DNA of 62,292 bases from a virus (lineage: Duplodnaviria; Caudoviricetes), in IMG/VR virus record IMGVR_UViG_3300022178_003030, positions 1-62,292 of that record. One strand, 5' to 3'. Each line of letters opens with the position of its first letter. Within the stretch, counting starts at the first letter, position 1. Under the pieces are notes generated by a model. It was not told the origin of the DNA. It saw only the letters and a list, made by a program, of their open reading frames with translations, and searched no databases. A program made the translations under genes and the position numbers. Positions 26,739 to 37,852 of the stretch are shown piece by piece.

Positions 26739-29700
26739 ATGGCAAACGGATTTGACCCAACAGACCCAACACAACTGACCGCTTCTTCAGAGACAGAGGC
26801 TAACGCCCCTATACCTATGGAGGATTTGAATGATACTCAATTCGATCCTAGTGATCCTAACGTTATGTTTTCTGAGGCTGCACTTCAGAGAGATAAGGAT
26901 TTTAGAGATATAGACACTTACACTGAGCTAGGGCTTTCTGCAAACGATATTGTTTCTATTATGGGTAGCGAGGAAGGGCGTTCACCTCAAGAGGCTGCAA
27001 GCATTATATCTTCTAAGTATGAGATAGAGCAAGCGGAAAGAAGGCTTGAAAGCGAAAAGTATAAGGCTGAGTTTGAGGAAAACAAAAGAAACACAGAAAA
27101 ACGCCAACAGGCTCTTAAAGACCTTAGATTAAAAAAAAAAGTTTCGCCGTCCGAACTCGATGGGGGGTTCTCAGAGCCTGGATTGGATGGGAGCGAGCTT
27201 AAGGAGGCGGTTGCTTCACCTGAACTAGCGGCAGAATACGCAGCTATAGAGGGTGACCCTAGATTTAGCGGGTATACGAACTATTACGACGGGGTAGAAG
27301 GGATAGACTCTCCAGAAATGATCCGTCTAGCAGGAGTAAACGCATCTTTAGCTAACGACGCTAGCATGCAGTTTTATTCGGACGAGCTTTTAGAAAGTTT
27401 AGCAGACGGGGATATGGCCACAGCTAAGGAGATGTTTGAGGCTCTAGAATCTATGGGGGCTGAGGTTCCTGAGGGCTTAAAGAAAGAGACAGGGTTTATA
27501 GGTGGGGGTATTGAAACAGTTTCTGACTACTTTGCTGATTCTTATAGAGGTAAAGACGATGAAACTTTAAAGGCCGAGCTATTAACTTGGGGTCAAGGTC
27601 AAAAAGAAAAGTACAAGAACGACGCTGTTGTGCATATGACAGAGCTTAAAGGAGCTTATGAGAATCTGGGTATAGACTACGACCTTAATCCAGAGAGCGA
27701 CTTAGACATGAGGCAAGCTATACTTGAGTCATACGATCTTGATGAAGGGCTATCTATGACAACAGAAGCTTACAAGATTAGCGAAAGAGCTAAAGATATT
27801 GGAGGCAGGCAGATGAGCTGGCTTGAGCAAAGAACCGTTGGCATACAATCTATGGTTGGGAATTTTGCGAGTATGGGATTAAATCTTGGGGGTGTTTTAG
27901 AAAGGCTCTCTGGCAACGAAATGGAGGCCGAAGCAAAGTTTAGAGCTGCAGGTTATGTGGACGAGGTAATGGAGGAGAAAGCAAAGACGAAACGCGACCA
28001 AATGGGTATTGATGAGAACGTTCAAGGCATGGGTCTTGGTGAGTCGTGGAGGGCTGACGATGTTTCTGTAGGTCAGTCTATGTTAAAGACATTAGATTTT
28101 ATAGGGGGGTTGTTACCTGATGTAGTGTTTGCGGTTTCAACGATAGGTACAGGAACTGTTCTTCGTTCTGCAGCCTTGCAAGCTTCTAAAAAGGCCTCAC
28201 AAGCAGTTATAGGTAGCGCTGTAAAATCAGCTATTACAAAAAATCTACGTAGAGAAGCTAAAGCGGCTGGTAAAAAAGCTTTTAGACAAGCGGGAGGAAG
28301 AGCGGGAACAATTTTAAAGGTAGGGCCTTCTGTTTTGTTTGGGGGGAGAAGCGCAGCTTCAACTTATCAATCCGTATGGGACAGACCAGACATGTCTGAA
28401 GGAGATAAATTGTTTCTATCAACGGTAGTGGGTGTAGCGGAGGGAGCTTTAACATATGTCTTTTCAGGGGCTGAAGCCGCAGGAGCTACAGCAACAAGGG
28501 CTTGGCTAACAAAAGCTGGAGGAAGAGAGGGTATAAACAAGGCAACCCTAGATGCTCTTAAGGGTCTTAATCAAAAGCAAATTTGGTTTCAAGGAGCTAA
28601 AGATGCAGGAAGTGAGTGGCTAGAAGAGGCTATGATTGAAACTATAGATCAAAGCACAAGGAACTTAATAGAGTGGTCAAACGGAAGGGAGGTGAAGCCT
28701 ATTGATTGGCTCGCTATTGAAGATGCGGGGTTAGGCGGTTTATTAGGGTCTGGGCCTATGGCGGGCATCGGGGCGGCTTCAAGAAGTTATTCCCATTCAA
28801 AGGTTAGCAACTTAAAGGTAAGTCTACTAAACGATCTGAGTAATATTGACGAACAACTTCTTGTTGTAGAGGACCCAGCACAAAGGGAGATATTAAAAGC
28901 TAGAAGAAAATCAAAGCTTGATAACGTAGCTTCTTTAGACTCTGAAAGCCAGGTTGAATTTGATAAGCTTACGGATACAGAGAAGCAAGCGGTGGGAAGT
29001 TTAGCTAGAGAGATGGCAACCTTAAAGGCTGAGATTGATATAGCTAAAGACAATAACGATACGGACACGGCAAGGATTTTAGAAAAGCAATTCGAACAAA
29101 AGTTTGAACTTAAAAAAGAAATAGAAGAGACCGCTTCAGACAGAGAGCCTGTAGTAAACACAGTAACAGCCGCAGACTCTAAAGGGGAGGACGTGGTAGC
29201 CGTGGCTAAAGATGTAACCCCAGAACAAAAGGCTGCAAAAGATGCGACGCCTGAAGCTAATGCTGAGCAGATTAATAATGATAGTGATACCTCTGAGGTA
29301 GCGGAAGAATCTAAATCTCAGAAAAAACTTACAAGCGCCTTAACCTCTTTAGATAAATACTTAGGGTTGACCTCTTCGGATCCTGACAACGCAACAGCAC
29401 ATAAAAGAATAGTTAAAGCTCAAAGGACTAGGGCTATAAACCTTAAAGCTGAGTTAAAAGGGGGTACGGTAGAAGCGAAAGCTGAAGCTACGGCTGAAGT
29501 TGATGCATATATAGAGGCAAAGAATCTTACTCGTCAAGCTGAGGCAGGGGGAGCAGCTGCTGTTAATGAGCAGGGAACAGCTAAGTTAGAGGCAGCTAAA
29601 AAATTAGTAGCAGCTACGGAAAAAGGCAAAGAAGGGCCTGTTATTTCTGCAGCAAGAGGGGGTAAAGAAGAAACTACAGACCTTGAAGACAATTCAGTAA

Positions 29701-32700
29701 CTATAGAGGCTGGACAAAACGTTGACCTAAGTGCAGACTGGATAGGAGAGGGAGAAGGAAAGATTAACCTGACGGTTGTTCTACAGGTGCAAAGACTTAA
29801 GAAAGCTTTTGGTAAAGTTTTAGACAGGTTTGGGGTGAAGGTGCAGATGCACACAACATTAGACTCTTTCAAAAAAGCTACGGGTGTTGATTCCTATGGT
29901 ATGTATGTTCCTGGAACAAAGACAATACACATTTCCCCTAAGTCTACAAAGTCAGACGTGCAAGAGGAGTTTGGACACGCCGTGTTCAGAACGATTATGA
30001 GTACCGATAGCAAGCTACGAAAGAGCGTTTACCAGGAGTTAGCTCAGATGAACAAGCTTATAATGTTTAACGCTGATGGGACGGTTGACACAAAAGAATG
30101 GGTGAGTTCGGCTAGAAGAAACGAAGATGGAAGCATTGCTGGTCTTAACTTTGTTTCGAAGGAAAAAGAAGCTGAATATAATAGCGATCCAATTCTAAAG
30201 GCTTTTATTAACGATACTTTCTTATATGAAGGTAAGCCTATTAACGAAATCCAGGAGGAAACTATAATGAGCGTTTTAACCGCTTATGCTGCTAATTCAG
30301 ATGCTTTCACAAAAACTCAAAAAGGAGAAGGGTTTATCAATAGATTGATACGACAGTTCAACAGGATTATGAAGATCGGTGGTTACAAAGGGAACTACAT
30401 AAGTAGCCAAGATTCTTTTTTTTCTATGGCGGCTAAGTTTAAGCAAGCGACGGAAGGTGTTGAAACAGATGTAGAAGTTAGATCAGAAGACTACACCGAC
30501 TCTAAGGAAGCTGGCTTGGAGTCAAGGAAGTTTGCCCCACGCCCTAACTTAGACAACGCGGAGATATTTTTTACGCAGACTGTATTTAGAATAAACAAAT
30601 TGGGAACTTCAAGCGCGGTTTCCGTAAGGGAAAAATCTATAAAGGTTAAAGATTACTGGCATTTTTACAATCTATATGCTAAGCTTACTGGTAACGGAGC
30701 TGCCGCAGGAAGAATGGAGGGTATGAGCTACATCAAAGACGGTATAAAATACCCACTTGCTCCGCCTTCTCCTAAGAGGGATAAGAATACAAGAGAGGTT
30801 TTGGAGATGTCTGTACCTTACGTGAAAACTTACCAAGAGTTTCAAGGGGGGTTAAGACAACAGGAAAGTAAACTAGAGGATGAATTGTCTGTACAGTGGG
30901 GAAGCTTAACAAAAGAGGTTTCAACCCTGTTTAGAAGCAGCGATAAAAGAATTGACCTATATACTCAGGAGATGGATTTCCAACCGATCAACGTTGAGGA
31001 AGTTGGGTACGAAGGAGCGGATGCTTTGTCCAAGCAGATAGAAAGTTTAGCTATAGCAAAGAAAAACATACAGGCACTTATTGACTCAGACCTAACCACT
31101 GAGGATCTTAAAACTCTTGCTGGAAACCGTGGACTACCTATAGACAAAGACACTAACCCAGATATATTTAACATGAGTGGGTTAACTCCATTTAGCGAAG
31201 CTCAAGACGGGGATGCTGTTGGAGAGGAGTCGGTTCCTAATATGGGGGGGTTAGAGTCTAGGAAGTTTGAAATGAAAGGGAGTTTAGCTAAAGTTCTTAC
31301 GGACAGTACGGGAGATTTAGGTGAGATTTCTGGAGTTATGTCCCGATTGTTTGGATACGACAGAACGATGAAGGGATCTGGATTAAGATCACTTATGAAT
31401 CAAACGTTTAATCTGGACGGAAAAGATGTTGCTGTTATTACAGCTCATAGGGGGGCAAAAGAAGCTAGGTTAGTTTTTAACGACTTAGCTAAAATGGTAA
31501 AGAATGAACTTGAGGGTATGGAGGTAGGGGAGATTGGGTATATAGCAACAATGGAGGCTTTGTTGGGTGAAGAATCTACTCTTGGAAATCCAGGCGTTTT
31601 TAAAAGAATAGTAAAGAAATATGCTGGCCTAGAATCATTGCAAAACATGCTTAACATAGGAAAAAACAGCAGATATAAAAGCACTAGGCTTCAGTTTAGA
31701 AATCTTATAGAGGATGGCGCTATCTCTGAAAACGCATCTTCTCTTATACAGTTGTTTGAAACCACTTCGTTAGCCGACGACATAATCCTAGAAGAGGCAC
31801 ATGTAAACATCATTAAAAAAATATTAACACCATCAAAAGACAGCAGATCGTTTAAGCTTAGGACTGCTTTATCTAAAGCTATGTTGTCTGATTCTGAAAA
31901 GCAAGAGGTTTATAAAAATGAAAATGACCCTGCGTGGGAAAATGTACAAACTGCTGAAATTACATCGTTTACAAAAATACCTTTTAGGAAAACAGAGCAA
32001 GGATGGGAGGGGTTCACTAAGAGATTTGATAAAAAGGCAGCTTTTGGTGGTCTTATAGTTGCTGACGGAACTATAGAGGAACAACCACAACTTAAAATAG
32101 CAAAAGAACTATTCACCATTCCAGAAGTATTCCCTGACTTAAAAGTTAAGATGGATGTAAAAACTGAGATTAAAGAAGGTAATATAGTTGTGGGGCTAAA
32201 AGAGGCCGACGGTAAAAAACCTAAAAAAGTATTAGTCCCCATATCTGAACTTAGCCCAGACGAACAGATGAAACAAGCATCTACTCGCGCTGCTATCTCT
32301 AGAGTTGAAGGCAGGGCGTTGACGTCCCAGTGGAGTGTAGCTAACGATACGGTACAAGACACTGCTAAACAAGAAACAGTCGGACAAGAGTCTCGTAAGT
32401 TTGAATCTCGCGGAGGCATGACCGAAGCAGAGACGGACAGCGGGCCGTTTCAGCTAAGGGAGAAAACGTGGTTCCAGGAGTGGAAAGGGAAATGGTTGCG
32501 TAGGCTTGCGGATAAGTACCGTGATGTTCTGCTCATACAAGAAGATATAGAGGCGTCAAAAGGAGCCCCTGTAAAAGAATCTCAAGACTTTAAGATGGCG
32601 GAGGAGAGAATGTACGGTAAAGCAGCTAACGATCTCCAGAAGCTAGAAGATAAGACGAAGGAGATGACCACTATGATGAAGGAGATGGGGTTGACTCAAG

Positions 32701-35066
32701 GGGTAGTTACAGATTACCTGTATGCACTGCATGCTAAGGAGCGCAACGCATTAATCTTAGAGCGTGACGGTGTTGAAAACGGTAGTGGTATGACAGACGC
32801 TGAGGCGGAGGTTATAATATCTGGATTAGACCCATCAACTAAAGCTAACCTAGATAAGGTTGTAGATATTGTAAGAGATATACAACAGGACACAAGGAAT
32901 GCAATGGTGAAGTTTGGATTAGAGAGCCAAGAAACTATTGATGTATTTGAAGCACAATTTAAGAATTACGTACCTCTAGCGGGTATAGCAAAAGACGAAG
33001 CTGATTCTGGAAGCACTAGATATCCAACAGGAGGGGCTGGGCTTTCTATTCAAGGAGATAGCTACAAAAAAGCCAAAGGGCGTGAATCACAGGCGGACAA
33101 CTTAATAGCTCAGATAATATCTCAGAATGCATCCATACACATTGCGGGTAGAACAAACGAAGCTTTACAATCTTTACATGAGCTTGTAACTGAAAACCCT
33201 AACAACAAAGTATGGACAATATTAGACACCGCTTCTTATGGAGATGCCCATGTTGTTCCAGTGCGTATTAACGGTGAGCAGAAGTACATAAGGTTTACTG
33301 ATTCAAGCTACGCGGAAACGCTAAAAGGTATGAGCGTCCCAAGAACAAGTGCTTTAGTAAAACTGCTAAGGGCTCCAGCCAACTGGCTAAGACGCTCATT
33401 TACAACGCTTAATCCTGAGTTTGTAATATCTAATTTCTCAAGAGATATACAAGCAGCTATATTTAATGCTATGGCAGAGTCTGATATTGAAGGCGGTGCT
33501 CTACTGGGTACTAGCGCTGTAAAGGATATGCTCAAGATGGTAGGTCCATCATTAAAAACTTTAGTCAAGGGTGTCGCTGGAAAGTCAGGTGACCCTATGA
33601 TAGAGAAATATTACACTGAATTCCAAGAGGATGGAGGTAAGACAGGGTGGGCATACGCTAAAAACTTAGCTGATATAGCCGCAGATATAGAAAAAGAAAC
33701 AACGGAATCCTCAACAGCTCAAAACATCTTGGGTAAAGCCAAGGATTTTGCTGATACTATTGAGGGTGTTAACGATGCCTTTGAAAACAGTATAAGGCTT
33801 GCGGCTTATATAGGTGCAAGGGAAAATGGTGTGAGCCGAGGCAAAGCTGCTCAGCTTGCAAAGAACATTACCGTAAACTTTAACAAGAGCGGAGAGTACG
33901 GACAGGCTCTAAATGCTGTTTATTTATTCTTCAACGCTTCCATTCAGGGTACGATGAGATTAGGTAAGTCTTTAATGGGATCTAAAGCTGCTCGGCCTGA
34001 TGGGATTAAGGAAAGCTGGATGAAGCGTAGAACCAACGGTCAGAAAATTGCTTCTGGACTGGTAGTATTTAATGCTATGCTAACTATGATTGGTAGAGCG
34101 ATGTCTGAAGACGATGAAGATGGAACGCTTTATTACGATAAAATCCCAGACTATATAAAGGAGAGGAATCTTATCTTTATGTTCGATGGGGAAAACTACC
34201 TTAAGGTTCCTATGCCTTATGGATTCAATGTGTTTGCAAACCTTGGTAGTGCGGCGGTAGAAGTTTCTGAGGGAGTTAAGGAGGTGGATGAAGCTATGAT
34301 GTTCTTAGCCAATTCATTTATGGGGGCCTTCTCGCCAGTAAGTTTCGGACAGTCAAAAGATTTGTTTACTTCGCTTGGTAAGTCAGCAACCCCAACAGTA
34401 TTAAAACCTCTTGTGGAAATCATGACTAACGAGACATACTTCGGAGGGCCTGTGTACGCAGCTCAATCGCCATATGGATCGCCTAAACCTGAGTCATCTA
34501 TGTCGTTCAGATCACCTAAAGCGGTTCAAGAGTTTTTTGAGTGGATGAATGAAACAACAGGGGGGTCCAAGCATGTACCTGGAAACTTAGACATGAACCC
34601 AGATAAGTTTTGGCACATCTTCGATTACTACTTAGGTGGTGCAGGACAGTTCTTAGCCCGTGCAGGGGAGACAACATATAAAATGGGGACTAAGCTTGCG
34701 GTAGATGATAAGGTTCAAGTTGAATTTAACGATGTCCCTATGCTTCGTAAGATGTACGGGGAACCATCTAAGTATTATGACTTTGAAAAATTTAAAAACA
34801 GTGAGGTTGAGATAACTCAGCTTGTAAGAGAATATAAGAAAGACCGCTCTGAGGATATGTCTAGATACAAGGACCTAGGAACCTTAAACAACACCTTAAA
34901 AGCGGTAAACAAACAGCTAAAGGTATTAAGAGCTAAGAAGAGAGAGGCTAGGGATATAGATAATTATGCTGAAAGATCCATAAGGATTCAAGAGCTTATG
35001 GATAAAGAACGTAGCTTAATAATGAAGTTTAACGCTATTTACGAAAAAACAAGAAATAATGAGTGA
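26739..35066 (+). CDS. Giant ejection or polyvalent protein (2775 aa) with C-terminal LPD38-like domain
   Basis: NPEFVISNFSRDIQ, ENSIRLAAY, AKNITVNFNKSG, LFFNASIQG, KIPDYIKERNLI, VPMPYGF and PTVLKPLVEIMTNETYFG fit LPD38-type proteins. A degenerate zincin-like EEFGH is at 29964-29978. Confidence 0.7.
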   Translation: MANGFDPTDPTQLTASSETEANAPIPMEDLNDTQFDPSDPNVMFSEAALQRDKDFRDIDTYTELGLSANDIVSIMGSEEGRSPQEAASIISSKYEIEQAERRLESEKYKAEFEENKRNTEKRQQALKDLRLKKKVSPSELDGGFSEPGLDGSELKEAVASPELAAEYAAIEGDPRFSGYTNYYDGVEGIDSPEMIRLAGVNASLANDASMQFYSDELLESLADGDMATAKEMFEALESMGAEVPEGLKKETGFIGGGIETVSDYFADSYRGKDDETLKAELLTWGQGQKEKYKNDAVVHMTELKGAYENLGIDYDLNPESDLDMRQAILESYDLDEGLSMTTEAYKISERAKDIGGRQMSWLEQRTVGIQSMVGNFASMGLNLGGVLERLSGNEMEAEAKFRAAGYVDEVMEEKAKTKRDQMGIDENVQGMGLGESWRADDVSVGQSMLKTLDFIGGLLPDVVFAVSTIGTGTVLRSAALQASKKASQAVIGSAVKSAITKNLRREAKAAGKKAFRQAGGRAGTILKVGPSVLFGGRSAASTYQSVWDRPDMSEGDKLFLSTVVGVAEGALTYVFSGAEAAGATATRAWLTKAGGREGINKATLDALKGLNQKQIWFQGAKDAGSEWLEEAMIETIDQSTRNLIEWSNGREVKPIDWLAIEDAGLGGLLGSGPMAGIGAASRSYSHSKVSNLKVSLLNDLSNIDEQLLVVEDPAQREILKARRKSKLDNVASLDSESQVEFDKLTDTEKQAVGSLAREMATLKAEIDIAKDNNDTDTARILEKQFEQKFELKKEIEETASDREPVVNTVTAADSKGEDVVAVAKDVTPEQKAAKDATPEANAEQINNDSDTSEVAEESKSQKKLTSALTSLDKYLGLTSSDPDNATAHKRIVKAQRTRAINLKAELKGGTVEAKAEATAEVDAYIEAKNLTRQAEAGGAAAVNEQGTAKLEAAKKLVAATEKGKEGPVISAARGGKEETTDLEDNSVTIEAGQNVDLSADWIGEGEGKINLTVVLQVQRLKKAFGKVLDRFGVKVQMHTTLDSFKKATGVDSYGMYVPGTKTIHISPKSTKSDVQEEFGHAVFRTIMSTDSKLRKSVYQELAQMNKLIMFNADGTVDTKEWVSSARRNEDGSIAGLNFVSKEKEAEYNSDPILKAFINDTFLYEGKPINEIQEETIMSVLTAYAANSDAFTKTQKGEGFINRLIRQFNRIMKIGGYKGNYISSQDSFFSMAAKFKQATEGVETDVEVRSEDYTDSKEAGLESRKFAPRPNLDNAEIFFTQTVFRINKLGTSSAVSVREKSIKVKDYWHFYNLYAKLTGNGAAAGRMEGMSYIKDGIKYPLAPPSPKRDKNTREVLEMSVPYVKTYQEFQGGLRQQESKLEDELSVQWGSLTKEVSTLFRSSDKRIDLYTQEMDFQPINVEEVGYEGADALSKQIESLAIAKKNIQALIDSDLTTEDLKTLAGNRGLPIDKDTNPDIFNMSGLTPFSEAQDGDAVGEESVPNMGGLESRKFEMKGSLAKVLTDSTGDLGEISGVMSRLFGYDRTMKGSGLRSLMNQTFNLDGKDVAVITAHRGAKEARLVFNDLAKMVKNELEGMEVGEIGYIATMEALLGEESTLGNPGVFKRIVKKYAGLESLQNMLNIGKNSRYKSTRLQFRNLIEDGAISENASSLIQLFETTSLADDIILEEAHVNIIKKILTPSKDSRSFKLRTALSKAMLSDSEKQEVYKNENDPAWENVQTAEITSFTKIPFRKTEQGWEGFTKRFDKKAAFGGLIVADGTIEEQPQLKIAKELFTIPEVFPDLKVKMDVKTEIKEGNIVVGLKEADGKKPKKVLVPISELSPDEQMKQASTRAAISRVEGRALTSQWSVANDTVQDTAKQETVGQESRKFESRGGMTEAETDSGPFQLREKTWFQEWKGKWLRRLADKYRDVLLIQEDIEASKGAPVKESQDFKMAEERMYGKAANDLQKLEDKTKEMTTMMKEMGLTQGVVTDYLYALHAKERNALILERDGVENGSGMTDAEAEVIISGLDPSTKANLDKVVDIVRDIQQDTRNAMVKFGLESQETIDVFEAQFKNYVPLAGIAKDEADSGSTRYPTGGAGLSIQGDSYKKAKGRESQADNLIAQIISQNASIHIAGRTNEALQSLHELVTENPNNKVWTILDTASYGDAHVVPVRINGEQKYIRFTDSSYAETLKGMSVPRTSALVKLLRAPANWLRRSFTTLNPEFVISNFSRDIQAAIFNAMAESDIEGGALLGTSAVKDMLKMVGPSLKTLVKGVAGKSGDPMIEKYYTEFQEDGGKTGWAYAKNLADIAADIEKETTESSTAQNILGKAKDFADTIEGVNDAFENSIRLAAYIGARENGVSRGKAAQLAKNITVNFNKSGEYGQALNAVYLFFNASIQGTMRLGKSLMGSKAARPDGIKESWMKRRTNGQKIASGLVVFNAMLTMIGRAMSEDDEDGTLYYDKIPDYIKERNLIFMFDGENYLKVPMPYGFNVFANLGSAAVEVSEGVKEVDEAMMFLANSFMGAFSPVSFGQSKDLFTSLGKSATPTVLKPLVEIMTNETYFGGPVYAAQSPYGSPKPESSMSFRSPKAVQEFFEWMNETTGGSKHVPGNLDMNPDKFWHIFDYYLGGAGQFLARAGETTYKMGTKLAVDDKVQVEFNDVPMLRKMYGEPSKYYDFEKFKNSEVEITQLVREYKKDRSEDMSRYKDLGTLNNTLKAVNKQLKVLRAKKREARDIDNYAERSIRIQELMDKERSLIMKFNAIYEKTRNNE

Positions 35067-35496
35067 TAAAAAGAAAATTAAAGACACGAAGCTAGGAGCT
35101 TGGTTAGCAAGCAAGGCACCAAATGTATTAGGTGTAGTAGGTGATTTACTACCAGATAGTGGTGCGCTAGGCGTGGTTAAAAACCTGATAGACAAGGATG
35201 ATAGTGTTGACTCCGAGGAGGCTCAGCGCGTAATAGATGCAGAGGTGCGCTTCCAGGAGAACGTAACAGAACGTTGGAAAGCAGACATGGGCAGTGACGT
35301 AAAGCTTGCAAAGCTAATACGACCACTTACCCTTATTGCTCTGATGTCTATGTTCATGCTTACGATGGTTGCAGATTCTATCGACGGCTTGCCTTTCACT
35401 GTTAAAGACTCTTACGTAGATCTCCTACAGATACTTATGATGACCGCCTTCGGTGCATACTTCGCGGGTAGAACTATAGAGAAGGCTAAGAAATAG
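35059..35496 (+). CDS. Putative holin (3TM-holin-like)
   Basis: VTERWKADM.SD..LAKLIRP, hydrophobic helices, and a GAYFAGRTIEK C-terminus. Confidence 0.7.
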   Translation: MSDKKKIKDTKLGAWLASKAPNVLGVVGDLLPDSGALGVVKNLIDKDDSVDSEEAQRVIDAEVRFQENVTERWKADMGSDVKLAKLIRPLTLIALMSMFMLTMVADSIDGLPFTVKDSYVDLLQILMMTAFGAYFAGRTIEKAKK

Positions 35497-35498
35497 AT

Positions 35499-35876
35499 TT
35501 AGACTTTACCTTCTATTAGTTTCTTGCGCCTACCCAACAGCACCTCTATTTCCTTATCTAATATTTTAAGGTCGTAGTTGTCTGATTCTATCCCATATAC
35601 AGACTCTGTCTGCTTTTGAGCTACGCTGTAGTATTTATCATAATCTTTCCAATATAGCAGGTTTGCGTCATGAGTGTTTTTATAATAATTGACTGCGGTT
35701 CTATCTCTTTTTAGAACCTTGCAAATCTCTAAACTATTAAACCTGGGGGTTAAGGCCATTGCTATAGCCGCTCTTAATTGAACGTGTGGCTGCTTCCTTG
35801 TGTTTACTATAGGTATACCCACTATGCAGTGAACGTTTTTTACTATTTTTTCTATAATGTCTAAATTGTTTTTCAT
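35499..35876 (-). CDS. DnaA domain-IV-like HTH DNA-binding protein
   Basis: TRKQPHVQLRAAIAM...SLEICKVLKRDRTAV resembles the DnaA C-terminal signature (R...V.AR.IAM...SL.IG..F.RDHTTV). Confidence 0.6.
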   Translation of the reverse strand: MKNNLDIIEKIVKNVHCIVGIPIVNTRKQPHVQLRAAIAMALTPRFNSLEICKVLKRDRTAVNYYKNTHDANLLYWKDYDKYYSVAQKQTESVYGIESDNYDLKILDKEIEVLLGRRKKLIEGKV

Positions 35877-35928
35877 TGTATTTTATTTAAGTAGTATAAT
35901 TGTGTTATCCAACACTGATTGAATTGTT

Positions 35929-37821
35929 TCATCGTACGGGACATGCTCCGCTATCGCAGTCGCTTATCTCTATATCCTCCATCTTTATGTCTTTCAAAGA
36001 CTGTATTGGGGTAGACCGCTTCTTCATGCTGTTGTAAGTTTTCTTATCTATCTCTTCTAACGGGGCTTGATCAAAACCATGCTCGTTATGCAAAAGGAAT
36101 GACACAGATTTGACGTTACGGTAATGACTACCTAGCCAGCTTCTAATAGCATCCAATTCCTCTTTCCTATAGTAAACTGTCACCGACACGGAGTTATCGC
36201 TCCATTCGGCCTGTAAGCGCGTTATAACCTCTAATTGGTCCACCGCCGACATATCACTTGCAAACTTGGTTCCTTTAGGGAAGCTGCATGGGAAGCTTAC
36301 AACTACAGTTGAATGATCCTCAGTACCATCAAAATTTCTTACATATTCTATGTCAAACCCATTGTTTCTGCACACGTTGACCAGTTCGCTATCTGCAGAC
36401 ATTCTAATTCTCCTAATGTAATATTCGGAGTATCCAGGGTGTGCTCCAGGTGTAACGCCAGCAAGTAAACTGAGCGTTCCAGATGGTTTGACTGTAGTAA
36501 GTTTAATAGATGGGGGTAATCCTGTAGATCTGGAGTATTCTTTGTCATATTCACGAAGGTAAATATAGCAGTTTTCTAGCCAACTTCTTTGCTCCTTTGT
36601 TGCCTGTAAATACCCAGTCACTCCGATCCCCATCCTCATGTTCTTATGAACAATCTCCTCTGTTTCCTTGACCGAACACTTAATAGCAAGACTGTGCTTG
36701 TTAATACGGTACAGATATTTAGCAACCTTTTTTAGTTCAACCTCTGATTCAATGTTAGGTAGGTAAATCTCTGCTAGACAGCATGTTTCGTATGGCGCTA
36801 ACGATTGTTCAGCGCATGGATTATAACCCATCACATCTGGATCAGGGTATTCTGTTTCGCCCGTTCTACCCATACGTCTTGAAGACTCAAGGTTAATCAA
36901 TCCATACGGTTCACCGTTTCCTTTGTACCCGTCCCAGAACTCCTCAGGAAGATCTGCCACATCGTCACACACAACAGAGTTATTTGACATAGCTCTCCAG
37001 TTAGGTATACCGCCTAAGTCCCAACGCTTAGCACGTAGATACTCAAGATCATCGTGATCCCCTAGTGCTATTTGTGCGGATCTGCGTACATTACCAGCCA
37101 CTACAATCTTACCAATGATGTTCATAACATCCAGACAATCAATGGGTTTCAGCCTTTTATTAAAGCGTTTGTTTAAGATAGAGTTGATTTCTTGCATACC
37201 CCATATTAGATCTTGACTACCTGAGGCGGTTCCTCCGAATCCTTTTATAGGTGAGCCTGCTGGCCTTATAAGGTGTGTAGCATATGTAAACCCCTCACCT
37301 GTAACAAAGCTTGCCTCAAGCACACGGCGTAAAAGCTCTGTCCATCCTTCACGTGAGTCAGGTACAATAAAGTCAGCACCGTTATCGTTAACATTTTCTA
37401 TGTCAACACGGCTCTTTATCTTAGGTAGCTGATATACATGCTCTCTCTGTATGTTGTATCCGACACCGCTTCCAAGCATAAGCATCTCAAATGCCCATGT
37501 AAACGGACGGATAGGATCGTCCACTACAGTAAACGCACAATTCTGTAAAGAAGGGAGGCCTAGCTTATCTACCGTCTTTGTTCCTAACTGCCATAAAAAT
37601 CTACCAGCTACCGTACCCTTCAGGTTCATCATGAAGCTTTTAATCTCCTTTTGATTAGATGTATTGAAGTTACAACCTAGCTGATCGTTACACGCGTTTA
37701 TTACGCGGTCCACTGTATCTTCCCACTCTTCCGTTCCCCCTTCTATTGGGCGTGAGTATGTTCTTTTATAGGTTGCGTATCCCACCTCCCCCCAGGGAGT
37801 ATCCTCTGCTTTGTACTTCAT
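35929..37821 (-). CDS. nrdJ: Class II (adenosylcobalamin-dependent, monomeric RTPR-type) ribonucleotide reductase
   Basis: YKRTYSR, GRFLW, LMLGSGVG, AGNVRRSA, NPCAE, TVKPSGT and a C-terminal Cys pair CDSGACPVR; no beta-subunit gene is present. Confidence 0.9.
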   Translation of the reverse strand: MKYKAEDTPWGEVGYATYKRTYSRPIEGGTEEWEDTVDRVINACNDQLGCNFNTSNQKEIKSFMMNLKGTVAGRFLWQLGTKTVDKLGLPSLQNCAFTVVDDPIRPFTWAFEMLMLGSGVGYNIQREHVYQLPKIKSRVDIENVNDNGADFIVPDSREGWTELLRRVLEASFVTGEGFTYATHLIRPAGSPIKGFGGTASGSQDLIWGMQEINSILNKRFNKRLKPIDCLDVMNIIGKIVVAGNVRRSAQIALGDHDDLEYLRAKRWDLGGIPNWRAMSNNSVVCDDVADLPEEFWDGYKGNGEPYGLINLESSRRMGRTGETEYPDPDVMGYNPCAEQSLAPYETCCLAEIYLPNIESEVELKKVAKYLYRINKHSLAIKCSVKETEEIVHKNMRMGIGVTGYLQATKEQRSWLENCYIYLREYDKEYSRSTGLPPSIKLTTVKPSGTLSLLAGVTPGAHPGYSEYYIRRIRMSADSELVNVCRNNGFDIEYVRNFDGTEDHSTVVVSFPCSFPKGTKFASDMSAVDQLEVITRLQAEWSDNSVSVTVYYRKEELDAIRSWLGSHYRNVKSVSFLLHNEHGFDQAPLEEIDKKTYNSMKKRSTPIQSLKDIKMEDIEISDCDSGACPVR

Positions 37822-37852
37822 GTTTGTTAAATTGTTTTATTGAAAAGGGCTG

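Noticed and set aside
26739-35066. Virion RNA polymerase as in crAss-like or N4 phages
   Set aside because: No DxDGD-type or T7-like polymerase motif recognised; the C-terminus fits LPD38 polyvalent proteins instead. A profile search is needed to exclude it fully.
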